Shown here: in pieces, positions 47,330-61,997 of the stretch
Position numbering within the stretch: the first letter of the stretch is position 1
How the letters are laid out: every line of letters starts with the position of its first letter
Assembly (NCBI GenBank): GCA_001179505.1
Contig: CDMY01000361.1
Coordinates: 37,631-101,353 of the forward strand
Reading direction: 5' to 3'
Source of the DNA: Vitrella brassicaformis CCMP3155
Lineage: Eukaryota; Protista; Chromerida
DNA length: 63,723 nt
Position numbers and translations under genes: made by a program
The notes under the pieces: model-generated
The model's database searches: none
What the model was told of the DNA's origin: nothing
The model's input: only the letters and a program-made list of their open reading frames with translations

Positions 47330-48564
47330 CTCAATAACCCTATCTATATCCTCTCTGTATGACTGTGTCGCTACTCAGATCCAACACCTGCACACGCAAA
47401 TCGATGGATTAAGAGGATGGATGGAGGAGTTGGCTGGTGAGGAAAAATAGTGTTTTTCAATCACCTTTCCCAAAGGCACCCAAGCATGATACATGAATGT
47501 CCGCGGCCGCGTCTCGAGTAAGTGAAAGATGATGGGCAGCTGGGTGTCCAGGCGCCTCGCTGATTATGGTAGAAATAAAGAAATAACCGCCCAGGCAGTC
47601 CATGCAGGGCGCGGGCCCATTTCGAGTTGACCCCCTACGCCTTAATCAAATTTAGCAGAGACAGTCCACCCAGCTGATGCAGCTGATGACAACCCACCCG
47701 GTCAAAAGCCTCACTCACACCAAGCAGAGCCTCACTCACCCGGTCACCTGCTTGGGCTCGCAAGATGTGTCTCACACAAGTCTGCACAGAGACACGGGGT
47801 ACCTGCCTGCCTGGTTTCTCCGCATTGACTGTGCAGACAAGCACGGGGCTGACTGCACCGATCATTCATTTCCTGCTACAATTTCCTGTTATATCCCCCC
47901 CGAGGAATGTGTAGGAGCGTGCGATGGATGCCGCGCGCGTTTGCGGTGTGACTGTAGGTTTTTTTTTCTTTTCCTTCCTTGGGGCCAAAACACCTTTTCA
48001 GTCTGTGTGTGTGCCTGAGCACACTCGAGCCCGCCCGACGAGACATCAAGTGAAAGTCTCTGCTTGGTGTCTGCGTTGGGATCTCTCACAGCTTTGGATG
48101 TGTTTGTCTGCGTGCGCGAAGATGGCATACGTGTTGGTAGTTCTTAAAACAACAAGTGAAGAAGTCGGTGTACAGACAAACTAAAAGACATCTCGGCTCA
48201 CTGACCACGTGCTGATGCTGCTCATCTCGTGACATGCACCATTACAGCTAGGAAAACTGACCAGGCCCCCCCGGCTTCATATGTGGAAATCCCGCTTTAA
48301 GTAGATAGATCTTGACAAATAGGCATGAGCGGCACATTTATTGACGCATAGAATACAAAGCCAACCAGCCAGCACAGCTCAGTGTGTTTGTTTGTGTCAC
48401 TCACTATATGATGCATACACACGCAAGTACGGAGCTCATTTCGACGCCCCGGCCTGCCTTGGCAGTGTTCGGGGCGTCCGAGCACATACAACACTCACAG
48501 CAGAAGAGCAAGCAAGCAGAAGGGCTGGCGTGGGAAAATTGTGCCCGCCCATCCATCCATCCAT

Positions 48565-48864
48565 NNNNNNNNNNNNNNNNNNNNNNNNNNNNNNNNNNNN
48601 NNNNNNNNNNNNNNNNNNNNNNNNNNNNNNNNNNNNNNNNNNNNNNNNNNNNNNNNNNNNNNNNNNNNNNNNNNNNNNNNNNNNNNNNNNNNNNNNNNNN
48701 NNNNNNNNNNNNNNNNNNNNNNNNNNNNNNNNNNNNNNNNNNNNNNNNNNNNNNNNNNNNNNNNNNNNNNNNNNNNNNNNNNNNNNNNNNNNNNNNNNNN
48801 NNNNNNNNNNNNNNNNNNNNNNNNNNNNNNNNNNNNNNNNNNNNNNNNNNNNNNNNNNNNNNNN
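48565..48864. other. Assembly gap (300 N) flanked on both sides by (CATC)n
   Basis: Run of N with ccatccatccat before and gcatccatccatccat after. Confidence 1.
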
Positions 48865-49098
48865 GCATCCATCCATCCATGTAAGTAATGGTTCGCACGC
48901 GTCATCTCATCGCACAGCAATACATGCACCTTCCGGCCCCATTTGCCATGCCAGGCGCCGCACAAATCGACCTGTCCGCTCCGCAACAGGTGGGGAAAGG
49001 CCTATCCTGTGCACAGCGGCACACGCAGCCACATCATGCCCTGAGCACTGATCTTCATGTTCTGACCTACCGATTAGATGCCGGCGAAGAGACCGATC

Positions 49099-49639
49099 TC
49101 ACGGGGAGCCGAGCAATTTGAATGCAGAGGTGAAGCCGTTTGCGTCGTTCGCTGTGGCGAAGCTATTCCCCGTGGTAGATTCCCGCCCCTGCAAAGAAGG
49201 AAAGAAAGAAAGAGAACTAAGTATGTTGGTTGCACTTTGGCTGCACTTTTCGTTCGGACAGCACCTACCTTGAGTTCACAGTCGTTCGCCCCATCAAAGG
49301 TGTAGGCAACGCACGTGTTGTCATCCTGGCACGCCTCTCGGCAGTCAAACTCATTGGCGACCGTGATAGTGTTGAAGGTGCCACCGTTGAACTGCACATC
49401 TGTTGGGGCACAGCAATAAAGGAAGGGACCGACCATGTGAGCAATGCAATTGTCATTAATTGAGGAGTGCCAACCAGCTTCTTACTCGTGTATCGCACGA
49501 AGAAGGTGGTGAAAGCAGGCCCGTGCTTCGGGGCTTCCTGCTTCGGGGTCTTGGCCTTGCCGCCGTCGCCGCCCTTCAGGCCCTCGGGGCCGGCCAGCGA
49601 GGACACAACCAGCAGGGCGAAAATGAGCAGCACGCGCAT
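49099..49639 (-). CDS. Small secreted PAN/apple-domain protein (~130 aa, 3 exons)
   Basis: Signal peptide MRVLLIFALLVVSSLA. Spliced domain ...FDCREACQDDNTCVAYTFDGANDCELK|GRES shows the C-x3-C-x5-C-x9-C PAN pattern. TGA at 49099-49101. Confidence 0.8.
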
Positions 49640-50199
49640 GGTTGCTGGAGAAGGCCATCAGGCAGACAGACAAGAGTGCACACAACACACCATGACCAGT
49701 GCCTGCCTCGCCTTCGCTTCTCACCTTGGCTGGCGACGGGTGAGTGAGACGAGGAGAGAGAAGCAGAAGAAACAAATCCGGAGGACCTTTGACAGACAAG
49801 CAAGGAGGGGGCGGGAAGTGGTGTGGTGCACGTGTCGGAGCTCGGATGCGGAGCGGTCTGACTTCCCTCCTAGATCTTCCGTCCTCCTCCAACGCCGAGG
49901 TCAGTTAGATCTGCAGTTGAGAGTTGCGGTTGCCAATGGGGCTTTTGTTAAACGGAAAATGGACACGAGCTCGACCCGTGGCACCTTCTCCGCCTGATAA
50001 ACGGCTTACCTTGGCTCAAGGGACCGAGACACGCACGAGGAGTCTTTCGGCGGCAGCGGCAGCAGGAGCATCTTTTCCGATGGGTTCTGACGTGATGATC
50101 GCGACTTTGCCTCTCCCTTGCACCCCCAAGCAGCCAAAGAAACTGGGGCCATTGAGCAAACACAATAATGAGCCTGTGCGGCTCTCCTTGCCCTCCGTC

Positions 50200-53100
50200 A
50201 TTCTTGTCTTGAGGTGCCTCCCCACTGGCCCATTGATTCTTTTTTTCTCGAAATGCTTTTCGTTTCCTGGGCACGCTGCAAGCTAACGAGCAAACAGACA
50301 ACTTCATTTGATGGACCGATACGTGAATCGGTGAATGCGCAGATGCGTGGCGGATTGCTTTCACTCGAGTTGTCCAGTGAGTCCATCGATACGTACGTGT
50401 CTCACCCTGCTATCATATTGATGTCTTTCCCTCCCTCCTTACAAATGAAAGACTCATGAGAAAAGACCTATCTATCAGTCGAAAGACTTATGGCTGTGAA
50501 GGCACCAAGTGAAGCAGGACAGATCTACATACAAAGAGAGCACACATGTGTGGATGCCATCCCCACATGTGTACGACGATAGAGGCAAGCAAACAAATGC
50601 ACACAAACAACACCAGACAGAGCTTTGGTGTGTGGCTATTGTGTGTGGGGAAGAAGGGCTTACCGCTCTTCCTCTTGAGGCGGTTGCTGGCGGGCTGGCT
50701 GGACGCCCTCGTGCGCTCCTCCGCCAGCGCCATCGTCACGTCGCCGTCCTTGCCCGCCTTGGAATCCTTCGAGGATTTCGTTTGTTGTGGTGTGCCTGGT
50801 GTCTGCCGGCAAAGGTCATGTTGTAGGCCAAGGGCGACAGCCGAGGGAATGACCTGCTGCTGCAGCCACCTGCATGCACCACCCACAAAACGCCCTGCTT
50901 TATTCACTCACCGCTTGCTTCTCGTTGCATGTAAGCACTCATTGTTACGTCTGCAGTGGATGATAATCTGGCTCCACTTGCCGTCGCGGCACACCACACG
51001 GTGCGCCGCTCGGGCAGCGCCGTGTCTCCGCCGTTTCGTCTCATCACGGCAGCGGACATACCGCACAGCCCCGTGAGAGAAATACCGCGTCAGACGGCCT
51101 GTGGCGTCTGGTTGCATCATCTGTCTGCGGTCGATGTGCGTCTCGGGCGCGTCATCGTCGGGGCTGAGTGAGACGATGTATGAACTGGTGGATGGATGTG
51201 ATGGTGATAGGTGCTCCTCCATTGTGTGGTCAAAGGGCGGGCACAGCTCTGGTGACGGTCAGAGAAGACAGTGACATGACCGAGCTGGTCTGATGTTTGT
51301 TGTGGGGGGTACTGTGGCAGTGAAGAGTGACAACGTCGAATCGCCCATCATTGCATGTGATTATCTGCTGCTCCGGGGCACCGAACGCCACGCTGAAGCC
51401 ATCTGAGAAGCGACACAGCTGTTCGCTTCGTTTGCTAAGTGTCGGTTTCTTCCTGCCTACCTGCACATGCGATCTTGAGCGTTTCGCCGTGTGCATGCAT
51501 GCCCTTGACCACCTCGCCATCGGCCGCCGTCACTCCCGGTGCCAGTGTGTCATTGAATGGGTTCGGACACATGGCTCTGCATTCGAACGACCTTGGCGAC
51601 CAGTGGCCGTCAGTGCACACGACCGTCTCGCACAAGGACGAGACACCGACCCGCCCACCTGCACACGGCACGCTGCTGTGCCACTGGCTAGGCGCCACAC
51701 TTGGAGAGTAACCATCCTTGCAGCCCACCATCACACAACTGCCTGCTTGACACGTGACAAGCAGGCAGTCCGTCGTGCATCGTGGTGTGGAAGGTGTGAG
51801 TGTCTCACCGTGCTCTGGTGGGCGAGGTAGAGTGTCCATGCCGGTCTCATTGCTTGTCTGTGTACAGCAGGAGGTGCTTGATTCTGTCTCAACACTGTTG
51901 TCTGGCAGGTCATCAAGTATCCGGATGGTCTGGTGGGCAAATCGGCGCTCGTCCAGCACATCAGATAAAGGGCGGCAAGACCCTGGCACAGCCACACGAA
52001 CAAGGCGTCTTGTGATGCCTGTGAGGCGATAGTTCATGTATGATGACTCACTGTGGCAAGATAGAGACGGGTTTGGCATGCTCCAGAGGCCGTCGAGACA
52101 CTCCACCGTCCCATGTAAGGCATGGCCGGTGCTGTGGTAGCCTCGGGCGGCGTTGCATTGGAGGACCAGACTCTCACCGCTCCAGTATCCGTGTCCCCAA
52201 CCGCCATGTGTATGTGAGTGACGACCACCGTGAGCAATGGTGTACCGCTCTTGCACAGTGTAGTTCCTGCATGGACCTGATAAGAACAAAATCTGATGCA
52301 TCCAGGAGTTGTCCGATTGTGTCTCTGCTCACGAAGACACTTGATGTGCGGTGGGAACGGCTGCCAATTCCCGCTGTTGCACGCGACACGGGCCACTCCT
52401 GGCTCTGCTGGTTCAGGCCTTGCGCGTGCATGCTTGTTGCACGTGTACTCGACAGCGGTTCCGTGAGGGAAGGGTGCATTCATGAGGGACGTGTCCACTG
52501 TGTGGTTGTGCGGGCGGTGGCCAGTGAGGCGAAGTGAGTACATCTCCGAGTGGCGGAGTGGCGGCAAGGGGCCGCAGGCTCCTGTGATTCACAGCACATA
52601 GACAGAGAACAGAGGATGATTAATGTCTGAAATAACAAAGTGACGTGCCTACTGAAGCACTTCATCGGCACTTCTGTCCATGCGCCCTGGTCGCACACAA
52701 TCTCCTGTGCAGTCAGCTTCGCCTCGAGTGATGCTGTGACCGTGTGGCTATGCCTTTCAGCGCAGCGGATGCGGGCCACCGTGCCGTGGGGATGTTTGTC
52801 AAAGTGAATCAGCTCCTCCAGCAGACGAGGAGACGTGATCTCCTCGTCAGCCTCTCCATTGGCGCGAGCCACCTCTTCCTGCCCCTCTAGCTGGGCCAGC
52901 GATGTTGTTGGTCGCCTGATGGCCACCAACTCATATGCATTGGGGGGAAGGAGAGAGGGGATGGCCGGGCACTCGACTGAATGGCGACATGGGGGAAGAG
53001 AGGCAGATGTCAGTGTGTGTGGCTCACCAGCCTACCTGCGCAGAGTATCGTCTGTGGGCTCCACTTGCCATTGAGGCACGTGACGGTGTCCTCAGCCACA

Positions 53101-56100
53101 CCTGTGGAAATACCATGGCGTTGTGTGTTGTGTCTCTTGTCGATCCAAGCAAGTACCTTCATCAGTATTGCATTTGATGGCAGCCTTTGTGCCATGCGGT
53201 GAGGGGCCGATGAGCACCTCAGCTGGCTCCACAGTGTACACAGAGGACACTGGCAGATCGCCAACGGGAATGAGGGTCAGGTCCTCACAACTAGCTGAAA
53301 AGGACAATGGGCAGCGGAACGCATGACGGCTGGAATCGTTGTAACATGATGCATACGTGCACACGTCTTCTGAAGCGCAGTGTACTGCCCGTCATGACAG
53401 GTAACGGTCTCCTCCTCCCCTGTGTGTCTGTACTTGGACCCACACAGAGATACACGTCCATGCCCACACTAGTCCACACAAACACACGGTCACCTGCAGG
53501 CGACGGTAATGCTAAACCCGTGAGACGACGCACCCCGTGCGAGCAGCTCCTCTTGTGACCAGGGTTTGGTGAAATAATGCTCATCAGACAGAATGGGCCA
53601 CGTCTCACAGTCAGCTGCTCACACACACACAGAGTGTCACGGTGCCTTCCTCCTCCCTATGTTCCCACCCACCTTTGCACACGAGTCGCCTGTCGGTCCA
53701 CTGGCCGTTTGTACATTCGATACGGTCGGACTGGGGCATGACGGTGGGGTCTTCAGGTGAATAGCCACTCTCGCAGCCAATGATACGCGAGGAGCCGTGA
53801 CGGTAGGGCTCACTCACATCACCTGGCGGGAGGAAGAGAGAGATAGAGCGACCTGTGTGCTCTGCGAAGAAGAGAGAGAGGGGGGGAGTGAAGGTTTCAC
53901 TCACCCGTCCATTGCACAGTGTAGCCGACAGATGGTACGTCAGGCTCTGACAGACACTTCTCTGAACACCAGAGCGGTCCGCATCCACATCTCAGTGTAT
54001 GTCTGTGCCCCCTTTACACTGACTCGCTGTAGCACAGCAGCGTCCGGACGTCGTAGTCACTACCCAGGCACCGAATCGTCTCAGAGTCGGTCTGTGAGTC
54101 CACTGGCACCGAGAAGTTGGCAGCTGCATCACATGTCACCACCACCTCTGCACCGAACGGCACTCGCCCGTCGGACCCGGCCGTGAGCGAAACGCGAGGG
54201 TCGACGTATGATGAGACATAGCCTAAGTCCGATAGCTCGTAAGGGGTGCAGGAGCCTGAGTGAGAGGAGAGGAAAGATAGGGCAGCGGCGTGCTCAGTGT
54301 CTCTCTCTGCGTGGTCCTTGTGGCCGTACCAACGCACTGAAGGTCAATGTCCGCCCACTGCCACAGATCCTCATCGACGCGACATGCCTCCCTGCTGCCG
54401 TAGCAGGAACACGCCACACTCTGCCTCGGTGATCGCCCAGGGGACGGGTGCAGGCCCGGTGCACACTCGATCGTTATCTGGGCGTTCTCCCGACGGTCTT
54501 CCTGCCCGATGGGAGGGGTGGTGACGAAGGTGTGCTTGGTGGACAGGGGCAGCTGGAAAGGCGGGCAGTGACCTGACAGCCAGACAATCCGCCAGTGTAT
54601 ATGTGAGTTTTGGGTGTTAATCTCCCTGTAGCCATGCGCACCCCCACAGTGCAGCAGGACGGGTGTCCATCGGCCCGCCACACACGTGATGGTCTGCGTG
54701 TCATCAGTCCACATGGCGTTCGCAGGCGGCTCATACCCGCCCTTGCATGAAAGCCTACGCTGCGACCCTTCCTCGAACCCTCGGCCGTCGATCGCATAGC
54801 GCTGTGTTGGCAGGGGATACTGGTAGTCCGGGGGGGACAGCAATGCTGGCGGACAGAGGGCTGCAGACAGAGAGGGACGGCCATGCAGTCACCCATCTGT
54901 GTATGTGTATGCGTCGGCATACGTACCTCTGCAAGGCAGCACAAGGGGGTCCAGCACTCCGTCGTAGCACCAGAGCATCTCTGTGCCCGACAGCCCCTTC
55001 AGTGGTGGGTAGGCATCGCTGCAGCGCACCTCGGCTGCCGTGCCGTGCCGCATCCTCTCGTCTGATAGACGCCTGGGCGTCACCAGCATGAGGGGCGCGC
55101 TGTGGATAGACCTGTTGTGGGAAGCCGCCCCAACATCCGTCAAGGCATACCACGGCTCGCCAGCCAGATCGCAGTCCACTGCAACAAATAGAATTCGATT
55201 CAGATACAGACAGCGTCATCTCTCTTTGCGCACATGGCCCACTGACTGACTGATTCACTCGCTCACTGACTCCAGCATTCGAGGCTCTTTTCTGTCCATT
55301 CTCCCCTCCGTTCTGCTCCGCACACGACCGTATCTGAACTCATCTTGCCGTCGCCGTGGTAGGCATCATCACACGCAATCTCCAGTTCTGTGTGTCTGGG
55401 CCAGTTGCGATTCAGGGCGTCTCTCGTGTGCAAGGTCGGTTGACTGACCATTTGACTGGCCGGGCGGCCGAGATAGCGGTCAGAGGAATCGCGTAGCACG
55501 TTGGCGTAGGAAGGGCAGAGATCTGCATGGGTTGGTTGAAATACTAGCACTCTCGTGTGTGACTTAGTCATCACACATGTGTCGCTCTCTGTGTGTGTTG
55601 TCGACTGGTCTACCTACCCACCCGCACAGTCGCATCCACATGAGTGTGGCGAGAGGGCAATGTCGCACTCCTCTGAGACGTCATCCACAGCGCCATCTCC
55701 GCAGTAGTGATCAAGACCTGACCAATCCACGGAAAGAGTTACACGCATGCGCCAGCCTCTACGTCCGTGTCTCTAATCGCGCTGACCCAAATTCTCCACA
55801 ATTTCCGTGACGCTCTCACGCACCAAGCTGTCGACCAACGCCCCGCTTTCATTTCCCCCCCTCACAAAGTGGAGATACCTCAGCCGCCCTTCAAAGCAGT
55901 GTCGCCCACCGGCGTCGCATCCCAGTGTCCACGCCGACAAGCCCGTCATCGGCGCAGAAGTGATAAGGCCAGACGCGTCGGCTTCAGAACCTGGACTCCC
56001 CATCGGTGGATTTCGAGCTGTCCGTTGCTCACCGTCACGTGATATACGGCCCCCTCTCTGTCTTTCCAGCACACCAGAGCGGCCCTCGAGCCAATTATCC

Positions 56101-56752
56101 CAAACAGCACCATGTCGGGGTCATTCGGCGCTGACATGAAGCCGATCTGTATGCCGTTCCCGGCGTCGAGCAGCACCTGGGGAGACGAGTCATCCCAGAT
56201 GCTGCTCGACGAAAGGAAAAACGCGAGCGAGAATGACATCGTCGGTGCTTCCAGCAGCTGGAAGCACCGATGCGGCCCTGGAGGCATCGCAAAGTAGGCT
56301 CCAGGGCCGAACTCCAGCCACACTGACGAGCCCAGCGCCGCATCCACTCTGTCATACAGAGAGTACAGAGAGAGAGACAGAGACGGCCATGACCCGATGG
56401 GGCCGTTGTACTTTGTAATTTTCTTGGGCGGATGGTTTTCTGAGACAAAGACGAGCCTGTTGTCCGCGTCCCGCCACTGCAGCGGCGATTGGTCTTCCCC
56501 CACCACGAGAGTCAGTACCTCAGCATTCACACTGAAGGCCACACAGTCAGCGGTTAACTGCCCACCCGAAGCGACTTGTACACGCGCCCTCTCCTCGCCA
56601 TCATCAACCAGCGACTTCAAGCTCGTTTGTGCATCGTGCAGTGCCGCTGCGGCACTACCGACTTGCAATGCAATGAAGACCAGGAAGCTGCAGCTTTTCC
56701 AGTTTCGAGTCGGCCGACTCATGGTCGCGCTGGGCTCTTCTTGTGCATCCAT
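50200..56752 (-). CDS. Large secreted protein: LamG/concanavalin-like domain plus about 13-14 Sushi/CCP modules; apparent frameshift near 55950; 3' end uncertain
   Basis: N-terminal hydrophobic CSFLVFIALQVGSAAAA. LamG-like YHVTVSNGQL and WTLGCDAGGRHCFEGRLRYL. Repeated C..P...HG....C..GY....I.C..G.W.....C units, e.g. CKGGYEPP..TITCVAGRWTPVLLHC, CESGYSP..IECTNGQWTDRRLVC, VTCLNGKWSPQTILC, ITCNDGRFDVVTLHC. Confidence 0.75.
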
Positions 56753-56898
56753 CTGACGGTTTTGAATTGTCGACGCTAGAATTGTCTTATTCGCGCGATC
56801 GGTCCGCGAGCTAAGCTCGCATGGCAGGACCCTTCGGCGAAGGGTGCCAGGGTGTGGCGTGAGGCCCTGAGGGCAGATAAGCGACGGAGTAAAAAACC

Positions 56899-58570
56899 AT
56901 GTATCACCATTCGAGCAGTTCGCGTCCCTCTCTCATGTTGAATGCCTCTCCTGATGATCCGCTCGTGGGGCGCCTGGTGTGGAAGCGCAGGCAAATGGCT
57001 CCCGGACAGCCGGACGAAATCATCTGCGGTCAGCACCTCACCGCATTCATCGAGATCCAGCATATCTGCCGACACTGTGTGTGTGTCCTCAGGTTTGGTT
57101 GTCGGTCGTGTGGCTCAGCAGCGGTGGATGACTACCAACCTGTCGACTGCCTCAGCGTATTCCATCCTCTTTGACGACGGGCGGCTGGAACTCCTCGGGC
57201 GGGAGGCCCTCTGCCGCCAACTGCGTCAACAGCTCACAGATACGGCACAGAAGCCGCCACCAGCCAGTCGCTCCACCCTCCCACCGTCACTCGCGCCCGA
57301 CCAAGACGCCGTGCACCACGTCATGGCGGGCGCTGGGGGGACCACCACCACCCCTGCTGCTCCCTCTTCCTCCCCTGCACCACCACCGACAGTCGACATG
57401 CGCCAGGGCACTCCCGATGGACGCCTCACCATGGCGGCACTTCTGGCTTCCATGAGCGCCCCTCAGCAGCTCGCCCAGCAGTCGCCATCGTCCCTCATCA
57501 GACAGATAACAATGCTGCAACACGTGACTAATACGCAACAACAACAACTAATGCAACAGCAACAGCAGCAGCAGCAGCAGCTGCTGCCAGCAGCGGAGGA
57601 TTCAAAGGACGACTCGAAGCCGCAAGAGACAGAAAGTGAGGAGAGTAATCCGAGATGGGAGGTTGCTATAAGTTGTTTGTTGTATGTTATGTGCAGGGTT
57701 TGGTGAGGTGGTTTGGTACCGGTTCAGAGGTCGCATGCTGCCAGGACTCGTTGTTGACCCGGACGACAAAAGTAAGACAAGACAGCGCACACACACACAC
57801 ACACACAGAGATAAGATTGGCACCATGTGGGTGCGGTCTGCGTTGCTGAGCAGATCCGCGCGTCAGGTTCGGCCCCGACGTCTTAGTACTGAGAAGACCC
57901 GACGCACACCTGAGTAGGTCAAGTACCTGCCTGTCAGACACGCCCGTCACTGTCTGTCTGTGCATTCTTGCTTCTCTCGCTCGTGTGTGCAGTCTTGTCG
58001 TTGGACGACAACCAGTACGTGTGGACAACGGTGGGCGGCAACAGGGTCATGGATTGGAAGTCAGACAAGAACTTCGAACTCTTTGGGCCGCGCATGGCCA
58101 AGTCGCAGGCCGGCACCAAGGCCGTCCAGGTCGCTATCCAGCTGTCGGGCTGGAAACCATCAGAGGAGCTTCTCACAAGAGCGTGAGCACATACAGAGCA
58201 CTGCATCCCGATTTCTACATCTATCGTCGTTATCCACCCGTGCAGCGGTTTCCACGACCTGGATCTTGAGAGTGAGGAAGATGAGCTGAGCAGCGAGGCT
58301 CCTCCGCCTCCCAAAAGGCGCGGCCGTCCCCCCAAGCGTGGCCGTGGCGGGTACCACGTTGGAGGGAAGCGTGGCCGGCGAGCGGTGCGAGTAGTGGAGG
58401 AGCACCCTGAGGAAGAAGAAGAAGACGATGACGACGAGGACGAGGACGAGGTGGAGGCGGCGGGCGGACAGCCAGTGGGTCAAGGCGACAGTGGCAACGA
58501 GGGTGAGGGCAGCGAAGGGGATGATGAGGATGACTCAGATGATGGGGCAGATGCGGCGCCGACTGACTGA
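56899..58570 (+). CDS. Putative chromatin reader: Tudor-like + poly-Gln + PWWP-like + AT-hook + acidic tail
   Basis: DPLVGRLVWKR...C G|LVVGRV...YSILFDDGRLELL; poly-Q; FGEVVWYRFRGRMLPGLVVDPDD; last exon PKRRGRPPKRGRGG and E/D tract. TGA at 58568-58570. Confidence 0.65.
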
Positions 58571-58723
58571 TCGCTGATTGGACTGACCCGATAGATAGAT
58601 CTGCGATTGGCCAGTGTGTGGAGGTGGTTGCGGGGTGTGACGATGCATGGTGCGTGTGGTGACGGTGCATGGCACAATGGAGGCCCCCAGAGGCCCCCAC
58701 CGGGAAAGTCCTGCTTCGCGCAC

Positions 58724-58918
58724 ATGAAGTTTCCCTCCTCCGTCGGGCTGGCGGGACTCGCTACGCTTTCGCCGCTCCCCGAAATGCATGCAAAGCCCCC
58801 AAGCTCGCATGCAAGCCCCCGCAAGGAACCGAAGGAAGTGCTAGCTTGGCCCCAATTGCGGACACTTTGTTTCGTAAGAGCGTGCCACGCTCAGCAAGCT
58901 TCGCGGGTCCCGAACTGG
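58724..58918 (+). repeat. Dispersed ~200-bp structured non-coding element, copy B, immediately upstream of LDH
   Basis: The 41 nt at 58780-58820 are identical to 38531-38571. Inverted repeat 58752-58761 / 58903-58912 with one U-G wobble. Confidence 0.85.
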
Positions 58919-58965
58919 CGGTTGTTTGAGTCGCCATAGGGTCAGGTTGCTCGAGTTCGGCCGCC

Positions 58966-61193
<2,228 letters not shown>

Positions 61194-61997
61194 AGGGCCG
61201 TGGAGATGTATTACGGTCATGCCAACCAGGACACGGCTCAGTTGCAGTCACCCCTTTCTTTTGCGCCTGATCGAATGAATGATCGAATTTTGCGGCATGA
61301 CTTAATGGCCAAATAGGTCTAGCACGGCCATCTGATTTTGCATAGTCTCGGTCTGCAAGCGAGCTTGTGTGTCCCTGCCTGCCTCGCCTGGGTGTACGTG
61401 GCTGGCGGCTTCTAGCTCGTTGTGTTCTTTGTTTTAGCACGTCCGTCTGCAAGTGAGGTCGGGGCACGTGGGCTGTAAGGGCATTGAGGAAGGCGTGAAT
61501 GGCACCCTGGGACAAAAGAATGGACGATGAGCTCAAAGACACGAATGCGCCCGAGCTTCGAAGAAAGATCCCGTGTGCACACAACACTGGTCGCGCGCAT
61601 GGCATTGCTTGCAGTGATTGCAATGCTCGATGAGTAGTACACTATCTTCTGCGCCAAGACCTGGTTCCGCTTCATTTGCCGTCGGCGAGCGGTAGGGGAT
61701 CGCTGTCAGCCGTTCAGTGTCCATCCGAGGGCATCTGAAAGAGACGGCGCCACTTTAGTGCTCACCACCAATGAAAACCGAGGGAGGGGCTCATGCTAGG
61801 GCCTCGCCTTCGCAGCTGCATCGTCAGACAGACAGACGAATTGTTCATGAGCCTGAAGTGGAGAAGGGACCCACAAGGTCCCATAGACCATGCATCCCAT
61901 AGCAATCGGCGAAGCGAGCGCATCCCATAACATCCAACTGCATTGAGTCGCATGTCATACATTGACAAAACGTCACTAGTGTCTTGTATGAGAGTGC

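Noticed and set aside
47650-47870. Short direct repeats (agcctcactcac x2, cagctgatg x2) as a transposon remnant
   Set aside because: Too short and degenerate; no terminal repeats, target-site duplication or transposase/RT homology seen.
58701-58714. GGGAAAGTCC resembling the RNase P/MRP CR-I motif
   Set aside because: Not present beside copy A and no matching CR-V element found.
58724-58918. Cassette as a TPP riboswitch, U snRNA, SRP RNA, tRNA-SINE or spliced leader
   Set aside because: No CUGAGA TPP core, no U1/U2 signature, no Sm site, and no convincing A/B boxes on either strand. A formal Rfam search is still needed.
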